A DNA stretch of 64,000 nucleotides from Octopus sinensis. Taxonomy: Eukaryota. How positions within the stretch are numbered: position 1 is the first letter of the stretch; every line of letters starts with the position of its first letter. This document shows positions 52,433 through 63,830 of this stretch, in pieces. Both the position numbers and the translations under genes were made by a program. A model generated the notes under the pieces. It saw nothing but the letters and a program-made list of their open reading frames with translations. It was not told the origin of the DNA and did not search any database. The stretch lies in assembly GCF_006345805.1 (NCBI RefSeq), contig NC_043004.1:69998001-70062000 (forward strand), in the 5' to 3' direction.

Positions 52433-52845
52433 GGCGCAGGAGTGGCTGTGTGGTAAGTAGCTTGCTAACCAACCACATGGTTCCGGGTTCAGTCCCACTG
52501 CGTGGCACCTTGGGCAAGTGTCTTCTACTATAGCCCCGGGCCGACCAATGCCTTGTGAGTGGATTTGGTAGACGGAAACTGAAAGAAGCCTGTCGTATAT
52601 ATGTATATATATATATGCGTGTGTGTGTTTGTGTGTCTGTGTTTGTCCCCTAGCATTGCTTGACAACCGATGCTGGTGTGTTTATGTCCCCGTTACTTAG
52701 CGGTTCGGCAAAAGAGACCGATAGAATAAGTACTGGGCTTACAAAGAATAAGTCCCGGGGTCGATTTGCTCGACTAAAAAAAGGCGGTGCTCCAGCATGG
52801 CCACAGTCAAATGACTGAAACAAGTAAAAGAGTAAAGAGTAAAGA
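52433..52845 (+). mobile_element. SINE family A, full length
   Basis: Near consensus copy. Confidence 0.9.
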
Positions 52846-53157
52846 TACGCAACTCTTTCAGTTCAAGGGAGATAATAGACTAATATATCTAGCTCAATCT
52901 GAAGTTGTTTGCCAAAGTGAAATAATTCTAGAGTTCTGCCAGATGGGCTGGAATGTATCCAGGACCCCAAAGCAGTGATGTTAGACCGAGAAGTGTGGCA
53001 GGGGAACTTTGTGGCTGCGACCGGGTTGGAACCCGGTTATAAAGAAAAAAAAAAGACAGAATAAAAAAGATAGTAAATTTTTAAAATGTAATAAAAAATA
53101 TGTAGTTGATTCCTTTGTGCAGGCAAAAATATATATAGAAAAAAAGTTACAACGGGC

Positions 53158-53400
53158 GTTAGGGCTAGGTTTTAGGGTTAAGGTTTAGGATAGAGTTAGA
53201 TCTAGAATTAGGGTTTGGGGGATTAATATTAAGTTTTAGGGTTAAGATTTAATACTAGAGCAAGAGTTAAGGGCTAGATTCTGCAGATGATAGAATTCGA
53301 GGTTAGAATTAGGTTTAGAGTTTAGTGGTTAGAATTAAAGTTAGGGTTTGAATTAGCGTAGGAGTTTAAGGTCACTGTGGGTAAGGGTTAGAGTTACGAT
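53158..53400 (+). repeat. Degenerate interstitial (TTAGGG)n-like tract
   Basis: ttagggctaggttttagggttaaggtttagg...gttagggtttg variants. Confidence 0.75.
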
Positions 53401-54414
53401 TATGTCGATGAAATTTAATGTAATAACTATTTCGTTGCCATTTGCGACCTCATGAATTATTAAAAAAAAATTTCTATCTCATGGTTTTTCTTTCTTCTTT
53501 TCCTTGTTCTTCTTTTTCCATTTTTCTCCTAGTTTTGGATTTATATTTTTCATGTGGTTTTATATTATATATGTATGATACATACGTGTTATATTCTAAT
53601 AAAATGCTGTAAATGCTTTTGTATAATAAATTCGGAATTTTGTGAAAATGGGGTTTAACTACCAGTTCATTATGTTGAATGTTTTAAACATCAAACGTTG
53701 CACTATTTGTTTTTCCAAATGTCCGCTTGTTATTTTTCAAAGCGCCCCAACCGTGACTATCCCATCCATTTTATTATAATTATTTTGTTTTCGTGAAAGC
53801 AGCTAGCCGACAGAACCAATATTGCGCCGGACAAAATGCTTAGTAGGATTTCTTCCGGCTTTTTACAGCCTGAGTTCAATTGACGCGGAGGTCGCCTTTG
53901 TCTCTCAACCTTTCGGATCAATAAAAGAAAGACCAGTTGAACACTGCGTTCGATGTAATTGCCTTCTCAACATGAAAATTTCTGGCCTTGGGGGCTTACG
54001 TTTCCTAGTAACTTTCTTTTCTTTTTTCTTTCTTTTTTTTTTTTTGTAAATAAGGATAGATATATTTTTGCCTACGCAAATGAATCAATTTCTATTGGCG
54101 ATCTCGGAGTCTGAGCTCAGAAAATACAGCTCAAACTCAGAGAAATTCAATGGAAATTATAATTCAACAGACACAAAGCCTGAAATTTTGGGAGTGGAAG
54201 CAGTCGTTTAATTCAACTCCAGTGCTCAACTGACTTATTTCATCGACCCCAAGAGCAAATGAAAAGTCGACCTCGACGGAATTTGGAAAGAAATGCAGGT
54301 AAGCATTTTGCCCAGCGCACTAACGATTCTGCCAGATCACCCCTTGATTTTGATTTTTGATTTTTTTCCAGTTTCAGCTAATGAGCTGTGGCCATGCTGG
54401 GGCAAAGAATTATA

Positions 54415-54645
54415 TATTTCTTTACTACCCACAAGGGGCTAAACATAGAGGGGACAAACAAGGACAGACAAAGGGATTAAGTCGATTACATCGACCCCAG
54501 TGCGAAACTGGTACTTAATTTATCGACCCCGAAAGGATGAAAGGCAAAGTCGACCTCGGCGGAATTTGAACTCAGAACGTAACGGCAGACGAAATACGGC
54601 TACGCATTTCGCCCGGTGTGCTACCGTTTCTACCAGCTCACCACC
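54415..54645 (-). mobile_element. SINE family C, full length
   Basis: Near-identical to 38403-38620. Many decayed copies occur elsewhere (for example 12900-13290, 18540-18670, 33940-34140, 41360-41490). Confidence 0.85.
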
Positions 54646-54699
54646 TTAAAGAATTATAATAGAGCAGAGAGACCGGGAAATCAGTCGCTAAGTTGGAAG

Positions 54700-54930
54700 T
54701 CGAATCCAAGAGCAAACAACTCCTCGCTGTCTTGGCAACGACGGATCTCGCGAGATTCCCGCCACATCGTCTCCATTGTTTTTTGGGGTTGGTCGAAAGT
54801 TTCCCTCATTTCGGGGCAGATTTTTATGTTTTATTTCATGTTTTGTGGGGAAACAGTAAAAAGACCAACTTTTATGGGACGTTCTCAAAGATAATTCATC
54901 TACTGAGTAAATTTTGAATAGCAGGTAAGA
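54700..54930 (+). promoter_or_regulatory. Candidate CpG-rich promoter and non-coding first exon of the plus-strand gene
   Basis: Perfect palindrome ATCTCGCGAGAT at 54745-54756, X-box-like GCTGTCTTGGCAAC just upstream, CpG-rich context, and a consensus donor GCAG|GTAAGA at 54924/54925. Confidence 0.55.
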
Positions 54931-56309
54931 TTAAAAAGCATTTTTTAATTAAAGCCTAGCTCCGTGTTTTATTGTTTGTGTAGTTTGATGGAAAGAGGAA
55001 AGAAAACAAGTTAAGGGGTCCCCACTGCCAATTAGTGTGCTTAATTAGCGTCTAATTAAGAAGCTAGGAGAATATACTATTTTCAAATTATTTCATTGTT
55101 TGTAAATTCCCACACTTTGTCTTTGTATATCTCCTCATCCGTCGCAAATAAAAGAAAATAATTAATATTTCTGAGCTTTTCTATTTTTTTTTTGTAAGGC
55201 ATAATTAATGTGTAATCGATTGTTGATTGGTGAAAGTGAAAGTTGTGCACCAAAGCTCGACGATTGTCAGCATGTAAGGAATGCACCAAATCGCAATATC
55301 TAGTGTGGCCTTTCTTTTCTCTAACACGAGTATGTTTTGAGAGAGACATGACTGCTATTTCTTGAAGGTCGTGCGTCGGCGTGTAGGCTTCCCTCGTTGC
55401 TTCTGAGTAGTAAACAGTTGGTGTTTTGCGCCTATCTGAATAGATCCAGTCAGCCCCTTCGACGCATCGATCTAAAATCATCAAGAAGCATGAAGCCAAT
55501 GAAAGAGTTTTCATATAGTCACTCGACATGCTAGAAATAGCAGTCAGATCTTCCTTATTTTATACCCAACTGCCTCGAGGAAAGAAAAGAGACGCATTAG
55601 ATAATCTAATCCCGATGGTCATACCCAGATAGAATGTCTTTTGATCATATGTTTGTTTAATCCGCATTGACTTGGAAACTGAAAGAACAACCGTGTATTT
55701 AATCTAGATCCTTTCTGATCTTAATCCGTCTGTGAGAAATATTAAAGGATGATCTTGGATTATAGCGTGTCACTTTCACTTTGTCGAACTGTAGTTGGGT
55801 TCAGTTTGTTTTTGGTACCTGTAGAATTTTTGTTTTCGTGCCAGCTTGTTTGTCTAGGACATAGTTTTGGGGGCAATTATTGTACACATAAGCTGGGCAA
55901 AGTGAAACCCAATGCCAAATCGAAAGTAGGCTTTCACTTACACGCAGCACTTTTCGGCATTCCCAGTTTATATGTACAGTAATCGAAAGAGCGGCAGTAA
56001 TTGTTATTTGTGCTATTGTTGCGGTTGATTTTTCCTGCTGTCTGAGATTCTGAAGAATTCTTGTTGTTAGATTTGGTTATGACTTCTGATGATCGCATAA
56101 GAAGCTCCATAATAAGGTAAAAAAAAAGAAGTCATCACGTTGAATGCCTCGTCCGATCACCAAAGTTAAGCAACGTTGAGCTTAGTACTTAGGTGCCCCC
56201 TTGAGAAACCTCGGTGCTCTAAGCATCTTGCTTTCAAATTTTTGCACAAGGCCAGCAATTTCTGGTACTTACTTTATCGATTCCGAAAGGAGGAAAGGGC
56301 ACAGACGAC

Positions 56310-57282
56310 GGATATTTTCGCTTTGACCGGCAGATTTTTAAAATAATTTCTTTGTAACTAAACACTTTTAAACTTCTTTTTCTCTTAGCTTTCTTGAAAA
56401 AATTCTGTGGTTTGTAAGCTATTTGTTGTTTAATTTCTTGCATTTCGGCAATTTCAACCAATCAATGACGACTATTGAGGTGAATACAATTTCTCTGGAT
56501 CTTTGTCAACAACAATTATTTGCGGTGTCATATGAAATTGTCCCTGTTATTTATGACATATTTCATATCAGTTACGTTCGTATGAATAAAAGATTATCGT
56601 TATTAAACTTTTATTAATAAACACATATTCTAAGTTCACAACATATGCAGTTTTAATTTCCCTCTCTGTTGCACAAATACACACATTACATATTATATAT
56701 TCATTTAAGAAACAGATTGGGTTTATTTACATTTCTGAAGAAAAAAAGATATCCTTCCCCCCACCCCTATCCCTAACCTTAACCCTAACCCTACCCTAAC
56801 CCTAACTCTAACCCTAGCCCAACCCTAACGCTAACCCTAACCCTAACTCTAGCCCTAACTAACTCTAACCCTAACACAAATCGAAATGCAATAGATCGAT
56901 ACTAGGGTCATAATTATAGGTGGACACTAAAGAGGGAATGGCTTTGTTATCCAGCTCTGTTTATGAGAGACCCCTCAGTTTATGGCCACATGGTATCCTT
57001 TTTCTCATAAATAACAGGAACAAATTCATATGACGCCGCAAATAATTGTTGTTGACAAAGATTTGGAGAAATTGTATTCATCTCATTAGACATCATTGAT
57101 TGGTTGAAATTGCCGAAATGCAAGAAATTAAACAACAAATAGCTTACAAACTACAGAATTTTTTCAAGAAAGCCAAAAGAAAAAGGTGTTTCATAAACAC
57201 ATTCTACCAGTATACAAAGTTTAAAAGTGTTTAGTTACAAAGAAATTATTTTAAAAATCTGCCGGTCAAAGCGAAAAGATCC
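56310..57282. mobile_element. MULE/MuDR-like non-autonomous element with about 250-bp TIRs and an internal telomere-like (CCCTAA)n tract
   Basis: Termini ggatattttcgctttgaccggcag / ctgccggtcaaagcgaaaagatcc, exact 8-bp TSD cagacgac (56302-56309 and 57283-57290), and the insertion splits a SINE C copy. Confidence 0.8.
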
Positions 57283-57565
57283 CAGACGACCTCGGTGGTG
57301 TCTGAACTCAGAACATAAAGGTGGACGAAATGGCGCGGTGATGTTTCTGTCAGCTTGCTGCCTAACTCTTTCAAATGTTATAATACTAATACAAATACTA
57401 ACCACACTAGAGTGCAATATCATTGCATAACAATGTTTACACCAATCACACAAGATTCCAATATCATAACAATGCTTGAATTCCATCATCCATTATTGTG
57501 ACACATGTCATAATTGTAGCATCCACTGTGGTCACAAACTGTTGGCCAATTTAGTAACTTTCACA

Positions 57566-57727
57566 GGCGTAGCAGTGGCTGTGTGGTAAGTAGCTTGCTT
57601 ACGAACCACATGGGTCCGGGTTCAGTCCCACTGTGTGGCACCTTGGGCAAGTGTCTTCTACTTTAGCCTCTGGCCGACCAAAGCCTTGTGAGTGGATTTG
57701 GTAGACGGAAACTGAAAGAAGCCCGTC

Positions 57728-57767
<40 letters not shown>

Positions 57768-57996
57768 ATATGTACGTGTGTATATATGTTTGTGTGTCTG
57801 TGTTTGTCCCCCAACATCGCTTGACAACCGATGGTGGTGTGTTTACGTCCCTGTAACTTAGCAGTTCGGCAAAAAAGACTGATAGATTAAGTACTAGGCT
57901 TACAAAGAATAAGTCCTGGGGTCGATTTGCTCGACTAAAGGCAGTGCTCCAGCATGGCCACAGTCAAATGACTGAAACAAGTAAAAGAGTAAAGAG
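57566..57996 (+). mobile_element. SINE family A, full length
   Basis: Near consensus copy. Confidence 0.9.
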
Positions 57997-59631
57997 TGAT
58001 CACAATATTTCAGTGTTATAACATTATATTTTCTGCTAGAAATAGCTGTCAAATCTCCTTTATCATCATTGTCATCACCATCATCATCATTATTATTTTA
58101 ATGTCCATTTTTCCATGCCTGCATGAGATGGATTTTCTGTGATTGGTTGTGCTTCTTGTCAGCAAGCCTCACCTGTTTCCAGATACAGATAAGGGAATAT
58201 TCTCTCACAATCAAACTTGTTTTCCCTTAAGATTGGAAACAAAGGACACCACTTGCATGATGGTGGCACTCGTTTACAATTATCACATGTATTCAAGGCA
58301 AGGAGACAGCAACAAAAACACATGTATACATATATATACAAATATGACGGGCTTCTTTCCGTTTCTGTCTACCAAATCTACTCACAAAGCTTTGGTTGGC
58401 CTGAGGCTATAGTAGAAGACACTTGTCCAAGGTGCCATGCAGTGTTAAGACAAGGAGACACAAATGAATATATTATCAAGGCATTGTTTTACAGCTTGAT
58501 GCAAAACACCTAGTCACCTCTTGTGCAGCACTGATGCAATGTGGAACACCATTGAGTGCAAGGTATGATTTATTTGTTTAACATTTAAACCAGGCTTATC
58601 GAACCCAAATATTCTACTTGTTTTAATGTTCAAACTGGTCGCATCCAGCCTCTCACACATCTCCTACAATGTCATTCTTAAAAAATAAACATTCACATCA
58701 TCAAAATATCAAAGTTATGTGATAATACATGATTAGTTCAAAACAATGTGAATAAATAAGCTTGTTTGTGTGTTGTGTTCTTGCACAAGACACTTTATTT
58801 CATGTTGCTGCAGTTCACTCATCTGTAGAAATGAGTTGTGACATCTCTGGTGCCAAGCTGTATTGGGCCTTTGCCTATCCCCTGGATGACATCGGTGGTG
58901 TGGAGAGGGGAAGCTGGTATGCATGGGCGACTGCTGGTCTTCCATAAACCACTTTGCCTGGACTTGTGCATTGGAGAGGAACATTTTGGGTGCAGTCTCA
59001 TGGTCCTTCATGACTGAAGGGGGTCTTTATCCTTTTACTTTTGACAGAAAAATCTGAAAGGTAAAAAGTTAAAAAACTGATTGGAACTGTCCAGTGTATA
59101 AGTGGTAGAAGCAGAGCTTTGCATAAAAAGATGACTTTCTGTGCCAAAGGATTTGTGATGTTTTGAGCTGGGTTATTTATAAGGGTATGAATGGAGTTTT
59201 GTCTTCTGCTTTAATTTCTCATGTTACCCTTTTTTATTCTGCTGCTCCTAGTGCCAGTGGTGGTTGGGGGCTTTGACTTGTCTTTCTTTCATCATTCATT
59301 CATTCCTTTCAGAAAACAATAAGACAATACCTACGATATACTGGGGAAGCCTGATTCAATCACCTTATAGTTGTTCCTCTTAACAGACCATCTTGTATTT
59401 ATATTTTGCTGTTATATGTTCTATTTTTTTTAATTATCATTGTGTCTCTTGTATTTTTATGTTCAATTAACATGTTTTAAATATTTATTACCATAATAAT
59501 AATAATAATAATAGTAATAATAATAATAATAACGATTATAATAATAATATTGTTATTATTTCAAAATGAAGTATAGGTCTCTAGGTTGGGGATCAGTTTA
59601 CTGTTTTGATTTTTTTTCAGAGTGCCCAGCT

Positions 59632-60111
59632 ATGTGTGACCAAAGCCCTTACAGTATAGAGGAGAGACTGATAGCCTCTGTTTGGATGCATGAGCGTGTA
59701 CGAAACCGACAGAAAGTTCCAGAGATAAGACGAGCGTTTGAGCAGCGCTTTGGGAAGCAGGCTCCCACTCCTCGGATTTTACGTGAGTGGGAAAAGAAAG
59801 TTTTTGAGACCGGCAGTGTTCTGGATGCTTCTCGCTGTGGGCGGCCGGCGACATCTACTGAGCACATTGTGGCTGTGGAACAGTCAATCTTGAACTCACC
59901 AACGCAATCGACACGAAAGCGCTCAGCTGAGCTGCAAATACCTAGAAGTACTTTACAAAAAGTAATGAAACTTAATTTACAGCGTAAAGCATTGAACATG
60001 AACAAAACAACAGACACCTCTGTTCATGAAACAGAAGCTCTTGCTAATAACAATAACAATAATAATAATAATAATATTAATAATGATAATAATGACGATG
60101 ATGTTCAATAA
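59632..60111 (+). CDS. Transposase-derived helix-turn-helix protein (DUF4817-type Tc1/mariner N-terminal DNA-binding region), 159 aa, no DDE/D domain, poly-Asn tail; candidate domesticated gene
   Basis: Uninterrupted ORF MCDQSPYSIEERLIASVWMHER...RRAFEQRFGKQAPTPRILREWEKKVFETGSVLDASRCGRP...VEQSILNSPTQSTRKRSAELQIPRSTLQKVMKLNL matches the paired-like bipartite HTH pattern of Tc1/mariner transposases (F..TGSV.D..R.GRP; P..STRK.S.EL.I.RST). A strong acceptor ttttgattttttttcag lies at 59604-59620, 11 nt before the ATG, and AATAAA follows the stop directly. Confidence 0.8.
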   Translation: MCDQSPYSIEERLIASVWMHERVRNRQKVPEIRRAFEQRFGKQAPTPRILREWEKKVFETGSVLDASRCGRPATSTEHIVAVEQSILNSPTQSTRKRSAELQIPRSTLQKVMKLNLQRKALNMNKTTDTSVHETEALANNNNNNNNNNINNDNNDDDVQ

Positions 60112-60907
60112 TAAAAAGGATGAAGCCATGTTTCTATTTGCTCTCAATTTTTTTGTTTTTGAAATATTTAAGCTTATGTCATACAGTTACATTTGGAAGA
60201 GACAAACAAAGAAATTCTCTTTGACCTGTCAGATGTATACATACACATACATGTATGTATATTTGTGTGTGTGTATGTACATGTACGTGAGTGCTTGATT
60301 GGTTAATTGCAATTTTAAATTTCAGGAGAAAACTTGAAGGGAAAGATACATGAGAATACTCACTAATAAGAATTGTGTAAAAACTATACAGTACTTTTGT
60401 TGTTGAATCAATTGATAGAGGTTGCTGCTGCTGCTGCTTTAATTATGAAGTAATTACCATTTTCATCACCGTCATAAACATCATCAGTGCCTCTACTACC
60501 ATCGTCATCATTACCTGTCAATTGTAGGAAATTGATTGATTTTATAGACATAGGCATGGCTGTGTGGTAGAGAAGTTTGCACCTTGCGCAAGGATTTTTT
60601 TTACTGTAATCCCAGGTTGACCAATGCACTGTGAGTGAATTAGGTGGAGAGGAAACTGTACGAAATCCATCATATATTCTTTTACTTGTTTCAGTCATTT
60701 GATTGCGGCCATGCTCGAGTACCACCTTAAAGGGATTTTAGTCAAAGAAATGCCCCCCCCCCCCCCCGCCAGGACTTATTCTCTGTAAGCCCAGTACTCA
60801 TTCTATCAGTCTCTTTGGCTGAACCACTAAGTTATGGAGACAAAAACACACCAACATCAGTTGTCAAGCAATGGTAGGAGGGAACAAACGCAGACACGCA
60901 CATTAAT

Positions 60908-60938
<31 letters not shown>

Positions 60939-61389
60939 CACACACACATACAATAGGTTTCTTTCAGTTTCCATCTACCAGATCCACCCACAATGCTTTG
61001 GTTGGCCTGAGGCTATAGTAAAGTGGTTTGCAACCTTTTCACTACCACAGACCCCTTTTATATAAATAAGTTTTCCCATGGACCCCAGGATATTGAAAGG
61101 TCTTATTTCTTTATTACCCACACCTATACCCATACAAACTTGGGTTACTTACCCTTATCTGGTTATTGTGCCATTGTAAATGTGTTAAAAAAATTTGAGC
61201 CTACTGATAAAAAAAAAGGTAAGTCGACCCCAATGATGTAATTAGCATGATAATTAATGTCTTATCATTCCTATGTAATTTTAATTATGTTAATCACTTT
61301 GTTTCTTTCTTTCTAGAAAGTGGTTTTTATGAATTTTTTGTTTTAACTTGTTGAGTGCCCTTAACCTTTGCAGGCCCTCCAAGACTAGT

Positions 61390-61790
61390 GAGCTTGATGT
61401 TGTTAATGTTTTGTTTGAACTGTTGCAGGTCAACCCTTACAAGAAAGACAGGCAGGGAAGTGATTCCAGAGGCATAATGTTGTAGGGTAGGAAGATGATG
61501 GAAATAGTGTTTTTAATGCAGGGACACAGCAATGTTGATGCAATGGTGGAGAGTTGAATGGGTTAAAGGTGCTTGAATGGGGGAGATATGAGATGAGCTA
61601 GTGTAACAGCAATAGGAAAGACAAAGAGGGGAGACAGTGTAGTTGAGGGCCAGAGGCTGGACTGTGTCTATTAGTGATGAAGGCCAACCTGTTGAGTGAC
61701 TTTGTTAGGAAGCAGTCCAAGATGTTAATGTGCATAATGGCAGAACCATCCCAAATATGGGAACACAATGACCAATTTTTGTTTTGTTTT
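61390..61790 (-). pseudogene. Decayed CR1/L2-type ORF2 C-terminal fragment
   Basis: The minus strand gives HIWDGSA...ILD and WNHLP-like motifs. A similar 3' fragment lies at about 3290-3400 (minus). Confidence 0.6.
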
Positions 61791-62325
61791 TGTTTTACGA
61801 CTGTCTTCCTTTAGTCTGCCTGTATTTCAGGCAGGGCTTCACTAATTGCCAACACAGACCATCATTAGTCTTTTTTTTACTCTCTAGACAGAGGAAGAAA
61901 AGCGGTACCATTGACCCTTTAAAGGCCTGTGAGACTAAACATATTCTTTTTATGTCATTCCTTTCCCTGTTTCCATTTCAGAAAAAAAAAAAAAATTCTA
62001 ACTTTTATTAAAAATAATTGTATCTAGTGATGTACGAGCATTTATAAAATTTTGGAAACAGAACTTCTAAAAAGAATCTTTTTTTTTATTGGCATAGCTG
62101 TGGGTTAAGAAATTTGTTTTGCAATCAAATGATTTTGGGTTCAGTCTCACTATATGGCACCTTGGGTAGTTGTGTCTTCTGCTCTAGTCCTGGGCAGGCC
62201 AGTGCCTTGAGAATGAATTTGGTAGTTGGAAACTGTCAGAAGCCCATATATATATATATATATAATGGGCTCAACCAAAGCCTTATGAGTGGATTTGGTA
62301 GACGAAAACGGAAAGAAGCCTGTTG

Positions 62326-62421
<96 letters not shown>

Positions 62422-62622
62422 GTTTGTGTTTACGTCCCTGTAACTTAGTGGTTCGGCAAAAGAGAATGATAAAATAAGTTCTAGGCTTACAAAGAATAAG
62501 TCTTGGGGTCAGTTTGCATGAGTGCAATCAAATGACTGAAACAAGTAAAAGAATAAAAGAATACATGCATATATACATAAATACATATATATTCATATAT
62601 GTATGTATGTATAAAGCCCATC

Positions 62623-62671
<49 letters not shown>

Positions 62672-62680
62672 ATATACAGA

Positions 62681-62734
<54 letters not shown>

Positions 62735-62735
<1 letters not shown>

Positions 62736-62948
62736 ATTCGTGGCCGTTTGCCAGCTCTGTCTGGCACCTGTGCAGGTGGCACGTAAAAAACACCCACTAC
62801 ACTCGCGGAGTGGTTGGCGTTAGGAAGGGCATCCAGCTGTAGAAACACTGCCAGATCTGACTGGGCCTGACGAAGCCTTCCAGCTTCACAGACCCCAGTT
62901 GACCCGTCCAACCCATGCTAGCATGGAAAGCGGACGCTAAACGATGAT
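62735..62948 (+). mobile_element. Family B element, 5'-truncated
   Basis: Conserved 3' end. Further copies lie at 36339-36507 and 41990-42260 (minus). Confidence 0.8.
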
Positions 62949-63499
62949 ATATATATATATATATATATAATATATATATATATCTGGTGTAGATTTGTTT
63001 ACATCCCTGTAACATAGCAGTTTGTCAAGAAAGATTGACAGAATAAGTGCCAAACTTAAAATTAGTAAGGGAGACAATTTGAGTAGCTTAAAGGTGGTAC
63101 CCCGACCTGGCTGTAGTCCAATGACTAAAACAAGCGTGATAAAAAAAAATAATGTTGTGGTTTGCTGAAAAGATGTTTTCAGTATAAATTTATATTTTTA
63201 TATATTGTAAAGTCTCTGATAGTAATACGTACTTGTGGTGCCTAAGGAAGTTCCACATTTTATAAATGTTCTTATTTGGGTTTCAATGCATAAATTTGTA
63301 AATTGTCTTAACATTGTTTTATCATCATTATCCTCATTGTTTTAATGTCCACTTCTCCATGCAAAGTAATATTTTCCCATGGCCAGACATGTTTTTGCTG
63401 AATATTGGAAATGAATAACACTGTCTGCATGACAACTATCATGCAGTGTCACTTGTTAACCATACAGCCATGCTTGACATAGAGCATATAAAAGATAAG

Positions 63500-63830
63500 A
63501 AAAATCTGATTCGTTACTAGGAGACAACCTTCAAAGAAATCTGGAGTGGAGCCCCGTAGGCGGTTTAGTGTTCGACTCGACACTCTTCCGGCAGCTCCTG
63601 CAACCAAGCTGGTGCCAAACGTAATGCCCTACATTCCTTTCGACTACATCAGCAAGGTCGAGAGAGAGGAATCCTGACGATTGGGCTACCCAGGATTTTC
63701 TTACATCTAGCCCAGGCCTTGCGCAAAACCGGAGAGGAAACTGGAGAGGACATGAAATGTAAAAACAGACTGGATTAGTTTATGCGCAACTCCATTGTCT
63801 CCCGAGACAAAAGGATGCCAACTACAACTA
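63500..63830 (+). mobile_element. Structured 5' leader of an RTE-like LINE (related fragments at about 58830-58990, 12180-12345 and 2300-2780)
   Basis: GC-rich with multiple stems and the shared motif ggtgccaa(a/g)c...g(g/c)agag(g/a)g. Confidence 0.45.

Noticed and set aside
55083-55529. 148-aa minus-strand ORF
   Set aside because: It overlaps family D repeat fragments, has no recognisable domain and no supporting splice structure.
56764-56875. True telomere or chromosome-fusion scar
   Set aside because: The tract is short, degenerate and enclosed within transposon TIRs with a TSD.
517-63015. Dozens of ORFs rich in YI/HT/CV/ER runs
   Set aside because: These are translations of (AT)n, (AC)n, (GT)n and (GA)n microsatellites, not proteins.
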